Positions 1 through 9,941 are shown, counted from the first letter of the stretch. The stretch: DNA of 53,643 bases from a virus (IMGVR_UViG_3300049477_000020:1-53643); one strand, 5' to 3'. The notes: a model not told the origin generated them from the sequence alone. Made by a program: numbers and translations.

Positions 1-508
<508 letters not shown>

Positions 509-514
<6 letters not shown>

Positions 515-1387
515 AGACCATAGGTTACCAGCGATCCACTGAGATTGGATGTTGGCAAGCCGGTACGTCTCAAAGAATGACATCAGAGGACCAGCCAGGG
601 CATCCCCTGGCCGCGTGGGGTTGAATCCAGGGGCAGGCGCCACCTCGACGCGAGCGTGGGCTTCTCGCAGGTCAACCAGCGCGTAGTTGCGCCGCACCTC
701 ATCGAGCCTGCCATCGACCTTGGGGTGCTCGACCTCATCGAGTTGCCACTGCGCCTCTTTGAGGATCTTCACCGCAGTCTTCGGGCCGATGCCTGGGATG
801 CCTGGGACGTTGTCCCCCTTGTCGCCGGTGAGAGCCATGATCTTCGGGATGTCGTGGGGTAGGTAGCCCAACTCGGTGAAGATACGCTCCTCATCCCAGC
901 GGTCGGTCGGTGCACCACCGGCTGACAGACGGATCTGCTCAGTGCCGTCGGTGACCAACTGCATGAAGTCCTTGTCACTAGACAGGATGATGACCTTGTT
1001 GGCCCAGCGGTTCGGTCTCCAGTAGGCAGCGATGATGTCGTCGGCTTCAACACCGACCCCAGTAGCCATGAAGACGTTGGACAGAGACAGGAAGGTCTTG
1101 GCCAACGAGAACGCATCATCCTTGCGCTCTGCGTACTCCATCGAGGGCTGCGCTCGGTTGGCCTTGTACTCACTATCGAGGGCGAGCCGGTAGTCCGATC
1201 CGTACTTGCTGTCCCATGCGATGACTAGACGACCTGGCTGCTCCTCTCGCACATGCTTCGTGAGCGTGTTGATGAAGACCACGAGGGGTGCGGTGTTGAC
1301 GTCCCCCACCGACATGTCAGCACGCTCGGTGGCTTTGATGGCTCGCACAAGTAGGTTGTTGCCGTCTACGAGCAGAAGCCTATCCAT
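509..1387 (-). CDS. 5'-3' exonuclease / flap endonuclease (PolI N-terminal-like)
   Basis: Motifs LLLVDGNNL, YKANR, EADDIIA, SSDKDFMQL, GDKGDNVPGIPGIGPKTA. Start trimmed to MDRLLL at 1387, overlapping the upstream stop. Confidence 0.93.
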
Positions 1388-2333
1388 AGGGATCCTTGTC
1401 GCGCTGCCGAGCATCGTCCGCAGTCTCGCGCTCCACCTTGATCGCACTCTTGGTCAGCGTCACGAGAGCGATGGACTGCTCGCGGGTGTACCACCACCAG
1501 CCGTCTCCACCATGCAACTCGGGGTTGCAGTCGAGCCCGTGGATGTCCACCCCGATCATCTCGTGCTCGTTAGCACCGATGAACATCGGGTCGTGGTAGG
1601 CGTAGTGCAGATGCCCGTGGAAGAGCACCTCGGGGCGCAGGTGCTCCAGGACCTTCTGTACCTTCTCCTGGTTGGCCATGGAGGTCGGGTCATTCTTCCG
1701 GTTCCAGTCCGGCGAGGCGAACAGCGGCTTGTCGTGGGTAAGCAAGATGTCAACCTTGTCAACCTTCAGCGCCTGCTCGACCTCCTGGTCGGTGATCTCC
1801 TCTTCAGGCCACCAGAGGGTGTGCTCACCCTGGGCAACCCGTCTCACGTTGTCTGGGATCCGGGCCCCACGCTCAGCGCGACCTCTCATCTCGGCTCGGG
1901 CTTGCCGAACCTTCCGTTCCTCCCCCACCAAGCGCCCCTCCACGTCGATGGAGTAGGCGCCACCGAGAGCCATGAACCTGTAGCCGTTCCAGGTCCAGGT
2001 GTGAGCCCGAGGGGCGTGCAGGAGCCCACGACGCATGATGACGAAGCCGTCCTCGTCGCGGGGAACAGCCTCGTTGTCGATGTAGCGCTCGCGTAGCCAG
2101 GTGTGGTTCTCGTGGTTGCCGTCGAGCCAGTAGATCGGCATCCCGTAGTCGGACGAGATGGCTGAGCACTTGTCTAGGAAGGCTCCGTCGTCACTGTGCT
2201 CCCAGTAGCCGAAGTCACCCAGGACGAAGATGGCGTCAGCCTTCGCCTTCTCGGCTTGGGACGCTGCCCACTCGACGTGCCGGTGGAACCCGTGAGTGTC
2301 ACCCAGCATCAGGATCTTCTTTGGGGCTGCCAT
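1380..2333 (-). CDS. Calcineurin-like metallophosphoesterase
   Basis: Motifs GDTHG, LGDFGYW, DGNHEN, LLTHD, FHGHLH. Start trimmed to MAAPKK (2333) after a GAGGAAG RBS. Confidence 0.9.
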   Translation of the reverse strand: MAAPKKILMLGDTHGFHRHVEWAASQAEKAKADAIFVLGDFGYWEHSDDGAFLDKCSAISSDYGMPIYWLDGNHENHTWLRERYIDNEAVPRDEDGFVIMRRGLLHAPRAHTWTWNGYRFMALGGAYSIDVEGRLVGEERKVRQARAEMRGRAERGARIPDNVRRVAQGEHTLWWPEEEITDQEVEQALKVDKVDILLTHDKPLFASPDWNRKNDPTSMANQEKVQKVLEHLRPEVLFHGHLHYAYHDPMFIGANEHEMIGVDIHGLDCNPELHGGDGWWWYTREQSIALVTLTKSAIKVERETADDARQRDKDPYG

Positions 2334-2574
2334 CTTCCTCCCCCTCTCCCTGATCTTCTGGGTTGTCCCACCTGGCGTACCCACGGGCGTGGACACCATC
2401 GTGCCCAGTCCGGCGAGCACACTGGTCACCGTCTTCGTTCGTGGACAAACACCGATTGTCTTCATTCGTGGACCGAGCGTTGTGTGGGACATCAAACTTC
2501 TGACCCAGCAGTTCAGGGTCTAGCCCCATGGCTCGCATGTGCTGAGCGTTGGCTGCATCGAGTGGGTTAGGCAC
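2299..2574 (-). CDS. Hypothetical protein with possible C-x9-C-x5-H-x3-H zinc-binding motif
   Basis: CLSTNEDGDQCARRTGHDGVH; overlaps its neighbours in an operon. Confidence 0.55.
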   Translation of the reverse strand: MPNPLDAANAQHMRAMGLDPELLGQKFDVPHNARSTNEDNRCLSTNEDGDQCARRTGHDGVHARGYARWDNPEDQGEGEEDGSPKEDPDAG

Positions 2575-2824
2575 TCTTCACCAGCCGCAGCACAGGTCGA
2601 GGGATGTTCCTGGCCTCGATCTGTAGAGCGATGTGCTCGATCATGGCAGGCACCCCTTCGAGGGCCGACTCCATGTCCGGGAAGATGTTGTCCACCTTGA
2701 TGCGCTCGTCACCGTTGGCGTCGAGCAACTTGCAGATCCAGACTCGTACAGTGCCCTCTTCGGTCCAGGTCCGCAGTGTGACCTCGTTCCTCATGCACCA
2801 TTCCAGTACGTCGCCGTAGTTCAT
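2567..2824 (-). CDS. Hypothetical protein
   Basis: AAGGGAG RBS before MNYGDV; tightly packed operon. Confidence 0.65.
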   Translation of the reverse strand: MNYGDVLEWCMRNEVTLRTWTEEGTVRVWICKLLDANGDERIKVDNIFPDMESALEGVPAMIEHIALQIEARNIPRPVLRLVKSA

Positions 2825-2884
2825 GTCGTCTCCCTTGTTGGAACTCTCTGGCCCCGGCAGGTTACCGAGCATCGACCTAGAGGG

Positions 2885-3595
2885 TCAAGGGGCCACTCGG
2901 CCATTCGAGTGAAAGGCCTCGTAGACCAGCGGGAAGTTGTGAGCGAAGCCCTCCTCGTACCTCTCGGCCACCATCTCGATCTCGCGCTGCGGGTAGGACG
3001 GGAAGAAGGAGTCCTCGTCCTTGGTGCGCAGGCTCAGGAAGTTCATCAGCGCCCGCAGGTTCATCGTGACGTAGCAGGTCGAGTAGATGTTGACCGGCAG
3101 GCACATCCGAGCGACCTCCTTGGCAACCCCACCGTCGAGCATCCGCTCGTACTGGAAGTACGCCTCGTGGTTGGCCTCGCGGATCCCCTCGACGACCCCG
3201 TCGTACTGAGCCTTGCTCCCCAGGACGAAGGTGTAAGCACCAGGCTTGCCCTCCTGCACGATGTTGCGCTTGGCGTCGGGGACGTAGAACTCGGGCTTCA
3301 ACTTCGAGTAGCGCCCGCTCTCCTCGTTGTAGGAGGCGATGCGGTGGCGGTGGTGCTCGCGCCAGACGAAGATGGGGGCTCGCACGCGCCAGCGCATGAT
3401 GCACTGCTCGAACGGTGAGCCGTGGCGCCCCTTCATCAGGAAGGAGATCAGGCCAGCCACCTTGTCCTCGTCCTGCTCGTCCTCAGAGCGCTCTCCCTGG
3501 GTAGACACCCAGGCGCTGCGAGCCACGTCGAGGTCGGTGCCCATGTGTGACACCAGTTCGACCGGGATGTCACTGCGTAGCGTGATCTGCGTCAT
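2885..3595 (-). CDS. thyX: Flavin-dependent thymidylate synthase
   Basis: Motifs HGSPFEQ, REHHRHRIASYNEESGRY (RHRxxSxxxxSxRY), EVARMCLP, NLRALMNFLSLR, QREI. Confidence 0.96.
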   Translation of the reverse strand: MTQITLRSDIPVELVSHMGTDLDVARSAWVSTQGERSEDEQDEDKVAGLISFLMKGRHGSPFEQCIMRWRVRAPIFVWREHHRHRIASYNEESGRYSKLKPEFYVPDAKRNIVQEGKPGAYTFVLGSKAQYDGVVEGIREANHEAYFQYERMLDGGVAKEVARMCLPVNIYSTCYVTMNLRALMNFLSLRTKDEDSFFPSYPQREIEMVAERYEEGFAHNFPLVYEAFHSNGRVAP

Positions 3596-3945
3596 CGCTC
3601 TTGCTCCTTCATCTTGTCCTCTTGGAATCCTGCGCCCAGCAGGAAGGCTTCGTTGTAGATCGCTGCCCCGCGCATGACGTACTCCTGCATCTCCACCAGT
3701 TCGGAGGAGGTCTCTACGCCGAAGGCTCTCATCGAGCGCTGTATGGCCAGGTAGGTGAGCGACGGAGGGTCAATGTAGGCAGCGATCATCCCCTCGAAGT
3801 CGAAGGCATCAGGACCCACCTCATCCACAATCTCATCCAGCCCTCGGATAGAGGCGGCGATGACCTCGAAGTCCGGGTGGTCTGGCCGCATGGTTGCGAA
3901 CCGATCCTCGTCGCTCTCGGTCATCAGGACCTTCCTCTCTGCCAA
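3592..3945 (-). CDS. Hypothetical protein
   Basis: 4-nt ATGA overlap with thyX; phage-like codon usage. Confidence 0.65.
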   Translation of the reverse strand: MAERKVLMTESDEDRFATMRPDHPDFEVIAASIRGLDEIVDEVGPDAFDFEGMIAAYIDPPSLTYLAIQRSMRAFGVETSSELVEMQEYVMRGAAIYNEAFLLGAGFQEDKMKEQER

Positions 3946-4391
3946 ATCTTGTAGGTGAGTTGCAGTAGGCGAAGCACGTCTTGCAGTTCGAGCCCGCTAA
4001 TCACGCGGTTCTGAGCGAGGGCGTGAGCCATGCGCTCGACATCAGCCAGCGTGTAGTAGCGCTGACCGCTAGGTGAGACCTTCGGCAGCAAGGGCTTGCC
4101 GTCTAGGACGAAGTACCCGTCAGGATGCTTGGGGACGTTGGGCTTGCCCGTGATCGGGCTGACCCGAGCATCCGAGGAGTACCTCCACCGCATCCACTGA
4201 GCGTTCCTGCCAAAGAAGAACTTGGCGACCTCGTTGATCGAGTAGTTCGGGATCGGCCTGCCCTTCTTGTCGCCCTCCTCGTACACATCCTTGCGGTCCT
4301 TGGGGAACTGCTCGTCGTAGAAGAAGAACTCACCGTCAGGTGGCTCCATGATGTCAGGATCGGCGAGGATGACTCGCTTGATGTTGTCCAC
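3924..4391 (-). CDS. MerR-like helix-turn-helix DNA-binding protein
   Basis: YSINEVAKFFFGRNAQWMRW ... SPSGQRYYTLADVERMA fits the MerR/excisionase winged-HTH pattern, with an insertion. Confidence 0.7.
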   Translation of the reverse strand: MDNIKRVILADPDIMEPPDGEFFFYDEQFPKDRKDVYEEGDKKGRPIPNYSINEVAKFFFGRNAQWMRWRYSSDARVSPITGKPNVPKHPDGYFVLDGKPLLPKVSPSGQRYYTLADVERMAHALAQNRVISGLELQDVLRLLQLTYKIWQRGRS

Positions 4392-4411
4392 CGATCCCTT
4401 TCCGTTAGGAC

Positions 4412-4446
4412 CCTCCCCGCCCAGGTTCGGCCCCTAGGCGGGGAGG
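4412..4446 (-). terminator. GC-rich hairpin after ORF 4455-5168
   Basis: 10-bp stem CCTCCCCGCC/GGCGGGGAGG directly downstream of the stop. Confidence 0.55.
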
Positions 4447-4454
4447 AGTGTGGA

Positions 4455-5168
4455 TTAGGCCTTGCGGACGAACAGCGAGGCCGTGGGGGCTCCTGGAACC
4501 GCGAGGCGGGCCAGGATCTCCAGGCGCTTGGGGTCGTCGTTGATGGCCTTCAGGGCCTTGTCCTCGTCGAAGACGCGGACCTCACGGGTGAAGGCGAGGT
4601 AGTCGTCACGGCTGATCTCTCCGGCCTCGTACAGGTCGAGGAGGCGGCTGCCATCCACCGAGGCCTTACCGGAGCGGAACTCGCGGCTGAAGGCCTGGTT
4701 GGTGCCAGCGATGTTCAGGCGCTCGGGGTTGCCCTTGGTGGCGACGACGTAGTGGCCCTTGCCATCGACCGGGGTGTTGTCGTCCACCATGCCAGTGTTC
4801 TCGGCGGTCACGTCGAGGTGGTTGCGAACGTACTCCTTGATGTTCTCCTCGCGGTCGGCCATGACGCCGGAGACCGTCTTGATGACATCGCGCTCCAGGA
4901 AGAGTGCGGCGACCTCGGTGTCGCTGAGTAGGCGACGCTCAGTGGGCTGCACGGCTGCGAAGACGCTGCCAACCTGGGCGAGCGCCTCGGTGACCTCTGG
5001 GGTCAGGACGACCGGTGCAGGCACTGTGGGCTTCACGGGAGCGAGCGCCTCGACCTCGGGCATCTCCACGAGCAGCGCGGCTGCTACAGAGGCCAGGGTG
5101 GCCTTGGGGTCCTTCAGGGCAATCTGGCCCTGCTTGATGAGCGGGCTGAGTTCTGTCTGGGTGGTCAT
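4455..5168 (-). CDS. Hypothetical protein
   Basis: Strong GAGGAG RBS, own promoter, high-GC3 codons. Confidence 0.8.
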   Translation of the reverse strand: MTTQTELSPLIKQGQIALKDPKATLASVAAALLVEMPEVEALAPVKPTVPAPVVLTPEVTEALAQVGSVFAAVQPTERRLLSDTEVAALFLERDVIKTVSGVMADREENIKEYVRNHLDVTAENTGMVDDNTPVDGKGHYVVATKGNPERLNIAGTNQAFSREFRSGKASVDGSRLLDLYEAGEISRDDYLAFTREVRVFDEDKALKAINDDPKRLEILARLAVPGAPTASLFVRKA

Positions 5169-5198
5169 TGTGTTCTCCTCTGGCGGGGTGATGGAGAA

Positions 5199-5228
5199 AT
5201 GCTACCAACGATTGTTGCCATAAAGCAA
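5199..5228 (-). promoter_or_regulatory. SigA/HrdB-like promoter
   Basis: TTGCTT-N18-TAGCAT with extended -10 (TGnTAGCAT), upstream of 5168. Confidence 0.6.
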
Positions 5229-5300
5229 GAGCCCCTCCCCCGGATAGATGGGGAGGGGCTCCGCTACAACCGGGTGCGACCTTGGGAGTTCACCCGGTTG
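5229..5300 (-). terminator. Tandem hairpins terminating the holin gene
   Basis: 12-bp stem GAGCCCCTCCCC/GGGGAGGGGCTC (5229-5261) followed on the minus strand by TTGCTTT, and a second 10-bp stem CAACCGGGTG/CACCCGGTTG (5267-5300). Confidence 0.7.
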
Positions 5301-5306
5301 GTCTAG

Positions 5307-5627
5307 TCAGGCAGCCTTACCAAGACCACCTGTGATGTTGCGCTGGATGACGCCTTCGGAGCCAGCGACGCGAGCAGGCTTGGTGAAGCCGTAGTACGAA
5401 GCAACGGCGGTCACGAAGATGCTGAGCGTAGCCAAGCCGACCGACTTCCAGTCCACCGGTGCATCGCTTGCGAGCAGAGTGGTGAAGTACCCACCGAGAG
5501 CCGAGAGCACCAGGAGCGCCCAGGACTTGAAGCGGGATGAAGCGTCCTGCTTGGTGACCAGGGCCACGAGCAGGGGGATCACGACGCCGACGATGGCGTT
5601 CAGGATGAGCAGATCCGTTGGGGACAT
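5307..5627 (-). CDS. Holin (actinophage type, about 3 TM helices)
   Basis: Three hydrophobic segments, VIPLLVALVTK..AS motif, VASYYGFTKP tail; AAAGGAA RBS. Confidence 0.75.
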   Translation of the reverse strand: MSPTDLLILNAIVGVVIPLLVALVTKQDASSRFKSWALLVLSALGGYFTTLLASDAPVDWKSVGLATLSIFVTAVASYYGFTKPARVAGSEGVIQRNITGGLGKAA

Positions 5628-5655
5628 GCGGTGTTCCTTTCAGGCGGGATGAGGA

Positions 5656-7587
5656 TCACCCCTCGTAGAAGGACTGTACCTGATCCAGGCTCGTGGTGAC
5701 AGGGCTGTCGGGGAGCGACCCTACGATCTTACGTCCGTAGGGGGTGGCGGAGAGACGGCTGTCGAGGATGGCCACGATGCCACGGTCGTTCTTGGTGCGG
5801 ATGAGCCGCCCGAATCCCTGCACCAGGGTAAGGGTCATCGCCGGGATGGTCAGGCTGTAGAAGGACTTGCCGCCACGACGCTCGATCTGGGTGGAGCGGG
5901 CCTGGAAGACCGGCTCGGTCGGGACCGGGAAGGGGAGTTTGTCGATGACCACGAGGCGGCAGGTGTCGCCAGCGAAGTCCACGCCGGTGAAGAAGGACTT
6001 GACCGCGAAGAGGACCGAGTGCTCGTCCTCCTGGAACTTGCGAGCGATCTCCTTGTTGGTGCCGTCCTCACCGTACTGAAGGATCGGCGTGAAGCCCTTG
6101 GCGCGGAGACGGTCAGAGATCATCTCGTAGGCGTTGTTCATGGCTGAGCGGCTCGTGAAGAGTAGGAGTGCGCCCCCACCAGACTTGCTCACCAGTTCGA
6201 GCGTGGTGTTGGCCGAGTAGGTCAGCCACGCGCTGCGGTCCTTGGGGCTCGGCATGTCCTTGTTGGGGACGAAGAGCATCGCCTGGGTCTCGTAGTCGAA
6301 CGGGGTGCCGACGTTGATGGTCTGGGGGTTGACCAGGCCGAGGCGGTCGGTGAGGTAGTCGAACTTGCCTGAGACCGAGAGGGTCGCCGAGATGAGCGCG
6401 GTGGGGGTGCTCTCCCAGACCGTCTCCTGGAGGAATGAGCCGACGTGCACCGGCGCGGTGTTGAGGACCTTGATGACCCGAGCGTTGCGGCCCTTGGTCG
6501 TCTCTTCCTCGACCCAGCGGACGAGCACCTCGTCATCGGCCTGGATGGCGTCGCTGATCTTCGTGACCAGGTTGTAGGCGCGGCGGGTGAGGATGGCGCG
6601 GCGACCCTCGGATTTCTTGTCCTGGACCGTGATGCCCGAGACCTGGGTGGCGAACTCGCGCAGCGCATCGAAGAGCACCATGAAGGGCTCGCCGTTCTTG
6701 ACGAACCAGCCGAGCGTGAGGCTCTGCTCGGTGGGGAGGATGGCCCAGGCTGCCTCGGTGGCGTCGAGCACGTCCTGGCCGATGTCGGTGAACTCGCGCT
6801 CCTGGTTGGCCGCGAAGTTGCGGACCTCGGTGACCAACTTCTCGATGCCGGAGGGCTTGATCTCCTCGGCGAGCGCTTCGGTGGCGATGTCCTCCAACTC
6901 GTGGGCCTCGTCGATGATGAGGGCCTCGTAGTCACCGAGCAGCGAGCCCATGCCGTCGGTGGCCTTGCGGATCTTCAGGTCCGTCATCAGCATCGCGGTG
7001 TTGGTGATGACCACATCCGAGTCGGCTGCGATGGCCTTGGCCCGCTCCGAGTAGCACTGGTCAGCGAAGGGGCACTCGCTCTTGCCGGGGCACTCGTTCG
7101 AGGAGGAGGAGACGTAGGAGAACTGGTCCTTGGTGACCGGGGTCTTGAAGTGCTCGCGGTCTCCTGAGTGCTCGGGGTCGGCGGCCAGTTCGGCCTCCAT
7201 CGCAGTCAGATCGAAGGGGAGTTTGCTGCGGTCGGCGACACTCAGAGCCTTGGCGACGCAGAAGTAGTTGGCGCGACCCTTCAGCAGCGCCCAGTTGAAG
7301 TCCACGCCGAGGTGCTCCTGGAGGAAGGGCACGTCCTTGTTGGCGTACTGCTCCATGAGCGCGATGGTGGCGGTAGCGACCACGGTGCGCTTGCCGGAGA
7401 GGATCGCGGGGATCATGGCGCCAAGTGACTTGCCGGTGCCGCAGCCAGCCTCTAGGAGGCCTTGGCCACCGTTGGTCAGCACACCCTCGACTGCTGCGGC
7501 AAGTGCCTGCTGCTGGGGGCGGGACTCGTAGCCGGGCAGGGCGCTGGCAAGCACCGTCTCGGCTTCGGCGAAGGTCTTGATCGTCAT
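5656..7587 (-). CDS. dinG: DinG/YoaA-family Fe-S helicase
   Basis: Q motif YESRPQQ, EAGCGTGKS, LKGRANYFC with the Cys cluster CPGKSECPFADQC, DEAH, SAT, GVDF, QGFGRLIR, LDSR. Confidence 0.94.
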   Translation of the reverse strand: MTIKTFAEAETVLASALPGYESRPQQQALAAAVEGVLTNGGQGLLEAGCGTGKSLGAMIPAILSGKRTVVATATIALMEQYANKDVPFLQEHLGVDFNWALLKGRANYFCVAKALSVADRSKLPFDLTAMEAELAADPEHSGDREHFKTPVTKDQFSYVSSSSNECPGKSECPFADQCYSERAKAIAADSDVVITNTAMLMTDLKIRKATDGMGSLLGDYEALIIDEAHELEDIATEALAEEIKPSGIEKLVTEVRNFAANQEREFTDIGQDVLDATEAAWAILPTEQSLTLGWFVKNGEPFMVLFDALREFATQVSGITVQDKKSEGRRAILTRRAYNLVTKISDAIQADDEVLVRWVEEETTKGRNARVIKVLNTAPVHVGSFLQETVWESTPTALISATLSVSGKFDYLTDRLGLVNPQTINVGTPFDYETQAMLFVPNKDMPSPKDRSAWLTYSANTTLELVSKSGGGALLLFTSRSAMNNAYEMISDRLRAKGFTPILQYGEDGTNKEIARKFQEDEHSVLFAVKSFFTGVDFAGDTCRLVVIDKLPFPVPTEPVFQARSTQIERRGGKSFYSLTIPAMTLTLVQGFGRLIRTKNDRGIVAILDSRLSATPYGRKIVGSLPDSPVTTSLDQVQSFYEG

Positions 7588-7622
7588 GGCGGGTTCTCCT
7601 TGGGGTCTCTCTGGCTGGCACC

Positions 7623-7652
7623 AGACTAGCCCCTAGCAATACCTCGGCACAA
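7623..7652 (-). promoter_or_regulatory. SigA/HrdB-like promoter for dinG
   Basis: TTGTGC-N18-TAGTCT upstream of an AAGGAG RBS. Confidence 0.55.
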
Positions 7653-7695
7653 CAGGAATCACCCGTTTGGAGTAAGGTATTGAGATTTATTTATC

Positions 7696-8028
7696 TCAGT
7701 CTTCGTCGGCATCCTCATCGGACTCAGCCTCAGAGACCATCTCTGGAGTGGCGCATCTCCGATGATAGTACAGGTCGAAGCGCTCGCCGTCCTCATCCTC
7801 GAACTCAGCCGAGAGCGTGTCGGGGTCCTGGAGGTCCAGAGCCCCTCCGCACTCATCACAGACATCCGGCTCGGCCATGAAGTCCAGAACGCTCATCTCC
7901 GAGGTGTAGGAGGCGATGTCCCCCTTCAGGGACTGGAGAAACTCCCCCAGATTGAAGCCCAGATGGACGTGGAAGTGGAAGGTGACGGCCTTCTCCAGCC
8001 TGGCTGCGAGGCTGGAAAGTGGTCCCAT
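7696..8028 (-). CDS. Small acidic protein with CxxC...HxxC zinc finger
   Basis: CDECGG ... YYHRRC. The start is uncertain; the N-terminal extension in the ORF track overlaps the upstream gene. Confidence 0.55.
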   Translation of the reverse strand: MGPLSSLAARLEKAVTFHFHVHLGFNLGEFLQSLKGDIASYTSEMSVLDFMAEPDVCDECGGALDLQDPDTLSAEFEDEDGERFDLYYHRRCATPEMVSEAESDEDADED

Positions 8029-8069
8029 AGGGCCAGTCTCCGGTACGAGGAGATCGTCCGCCAGCCAGG

Positions 8070-9455
8070 TCAGAGTTGGTCGATCTTGGCCACCCTGGTG
8101 GGGAAGTGAGGGGCTACCAGGAAGCCCACGGCGCACCCCGTAGCCACGTCTCCGGTGGCGTGCTTGAAGTAGTCGCTGCCGTCGTCCAGAGACCCAGTCT
8201 GGATCATCATGGTCCCGCTCACGTCCTCCATGTGGAAGTGGTGCTTGTGGCCCAGGAGCATGACCTCCATGTCGAACTTGTCCTCTGTGTGCTTGGCTGC
8301 TGAGCCCACCTGCTTCAGGACCCACCCAGTGAGTTTCCCCTGCTTGTCGGCCTTGTGACCGTGGGTAGATCCGATCCTCACCCCAGCGAACTCGTAGAGA
8401 GTGAAGGGGTCGTCGTGGGGGATGTGCCAGGTGATCTGGTCAGCGATGGGGCTGCTGTCGAGCACCCTCTTGACCTGCTCAGCGATGATGAGGTCCCAGT
8501 TGTCTGACTCCGACGAACCATGGGGGCCACCGGTGACACCCCTCATCTCGCCGTGGTTGCTCGGGGTGTAGACCTTGGTGATCGGCAGCCCGAGCGCAGC
8601 GAAGGCCTCGGTACGAGCGATGTCGGACTCGATGGCGTAGTTGATCTGAGTCCGCATTGTCTCAGTTGTCCGATTCTGGCTGGGATAGTGACCTACGATG
8701 TTCTCGACTCTATCGCCCGCTGCGTTGTCCAGGATTGCGGTGATGTTGACGCCCGCCTTGATGTGGCTGCGGATGGCGTCTATCGACTTCTGGAGCACTC
8801 GGGACTCGCGCTCTTCGAGGTTCTTCAGTCCGCCGCCGCCACGGTTCTTGCCTGCCTGCTCGTCACCCTGGTGGTGGACGTAGCCGACGGGTTGCCCGTT
8901 CCCCATCCTCTGGGTGCCACCAGTGTGCTTGATCGGGTAGCGCTTCGTCTTCATGCGCTTGACTGCTGCTTCGATGTCCTCTTCGGTGAGGAGGACCTCA
9001 TCAGTCTTGCGCTCGATGCGAGCCCGATACGAGTAGAGCGTCTTGATGTCGCGGTCGCCGTTGTCCAGACGCTTGGAGGTCTCCCACGAACTGACGCGAA
9101 CGGGTCCGACAACATCCCAGTTCTCTGGGTCATCGAGACCCAACTTCCTCAGTATCGGCTCGTAGCCAGTGTTCGCTGTGATCTTTGCAGTCAGCGGGCC
9201 TGTCTCCAGCACACCCTTGTCGCCCTCGATCTCTAGGCTGGGCTTGATGGCGTCTTTGGACTCTTCATCCTTCTTCTTGCGACGAGGAGATGCCTCCGCA
9301 GCCGGAGTGCCCATCTGTAGCCGATAGCGACGGACTGCTGAGGTCGATGTGCCGATGCGCTTCGCCGCTTCGACGTAGGTGAGACTGAGGTCGTCTGCGA
9401 TTGCCTTTCCTTTAGGATCGTCGGCCAACTTCTCTCTGAGCCCGATTCTTCCCAC
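8070..9455 (-). CDS. N-terminal HTH plus Mre11/calcineurin-like metallophosphoesterase
   Basis: HTH TYVEAAKRIGTSTSAVRRYR; motifs GDEQAG, GDRVEN, SNHGE, THGH, GHKHH. Confidence 0.8.
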   Translation of the reverse strand: MGRIGLREKLADDPKGKAIADDLSLTYVEAAKRIGTSTSAVRRYRLQMGTPAAEASPRRKKKDEESKDAIKPSLEIEGDKGVLETGPLTAKITANTGYEPILRKLGLDDPENWDVVGPVRVSSWETSKRLDNGDRDIKTLYSYRARIERKTDEVLLTEEDIEAAVKRMKTKRYPIKHTGGTQRMGNGQPVGYVHHQGDEQAGKNRGGGGLKNLEERESRVLQKSIDAIRSHIKAGVNITAILDNAAGDRVENIVGHYPSQNRTTETMRTQINYAIESDIARTEAFAALGLPITKVYTPSNHGEMRGVTGGPHGSSESDNWDLIIAEQVKRVLDSSPIADQITWHIPHDDPFTLYEFAGVRIGSTHGHKADKQGKLTGWVLKQVGSAAKHTEDKFDMEVMLLGHKHHFHMEDVSGTMMIQTGSLDDGSDYFKHATGDVATGCAVGFLVAPHFPTRVAKIDQL

Positions 9456-9491
9456 TATCTCTCCCCTGATTCGGCGGGTGCGTTACGTCAC

Positions 9492-9519
9492 ACACTAACA
9501 GTCATCGTGGTCGATTCAA
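9492..9519 (-). promoter_or_regulatory. Possible SigA-like promoter
   Basis: TTGAAT-N16-TAGTGT with a TGn extension. Confidence 0.4.
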
Positions 9520-9689
9520 GAGGGCTCGACATCGGGTTTGCCAGGGGGAACGTAATCACTCGGACGGTCGAAGAAGTTGCGCAGAATCCAATCGGCTGCG
9601 TCGTACTTGCCCATGAGGTTTGCCATCGTCACCACATCGCGCATCTGGTCGGTGACAGATCGCTGATCCTGCTGCTTGTGTGCTGACAC
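9516..9689 (-). CDS. Small hypothetical protein, 57 aa (not in ORF track)
   Basis: AAGGAG RBS, GTG start, MSAHKQQDQRSVTDQMRDVVTMANLMGKYDAADWILRNFFDRPSDYVPPGKPDVEPS*. Confidence 0.7.
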   Translation of the reverse strand: MSAHKQQDQRSVTDQMRDVVTMANLMGKYDAADWILRNFFDRPSDYVPPGKPDVEPS

Positions 9690-9838
9690 TTGGTCTCCTT
9701 CGTCGGCGGGTGGGCGGGAGCCCTAAGGTCTTGCTAGAGAGGCCAGAGCCCTAAGAGCAAGAAGAACGAGAACACTAGGGGTCTAACCTGTGAGGCGCCC
9801 GCAGGGCGTTTCACCCCCAAACCCCCTACGCGAGCCAG

Positions 9839-9886
9839 AGCGTACACCACACCTCATTGGACCTGTCAAGGACCTGGCCATAGACT
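9839..9886. promoter_or_regulatory. Overlapping divergent SigA-like promoters
   Basis: Minus strand: TTGACA(9869-9864)-N19-TACGCT. Plus strand: TTGGAC(9857-9862)-N18-TAGACT(9881-9886). Confidence 0.5.
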
Positions 9887-9897
9887 GGTCTCCTATC

Positions 9898-9941
9898 CAC
9901 CAGAAACGCAACGGCCACGCCTGGTCGTTGCGTTTCTGGTG
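9898..9941 (+). repeat. 20-bp stem-loop
   Basis: CACCAGAAACGCAACGGCCA-cgcc-TGGTCGTTGCGTTTCTGGTG, with one G-U pair. Confidence 0.9.
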
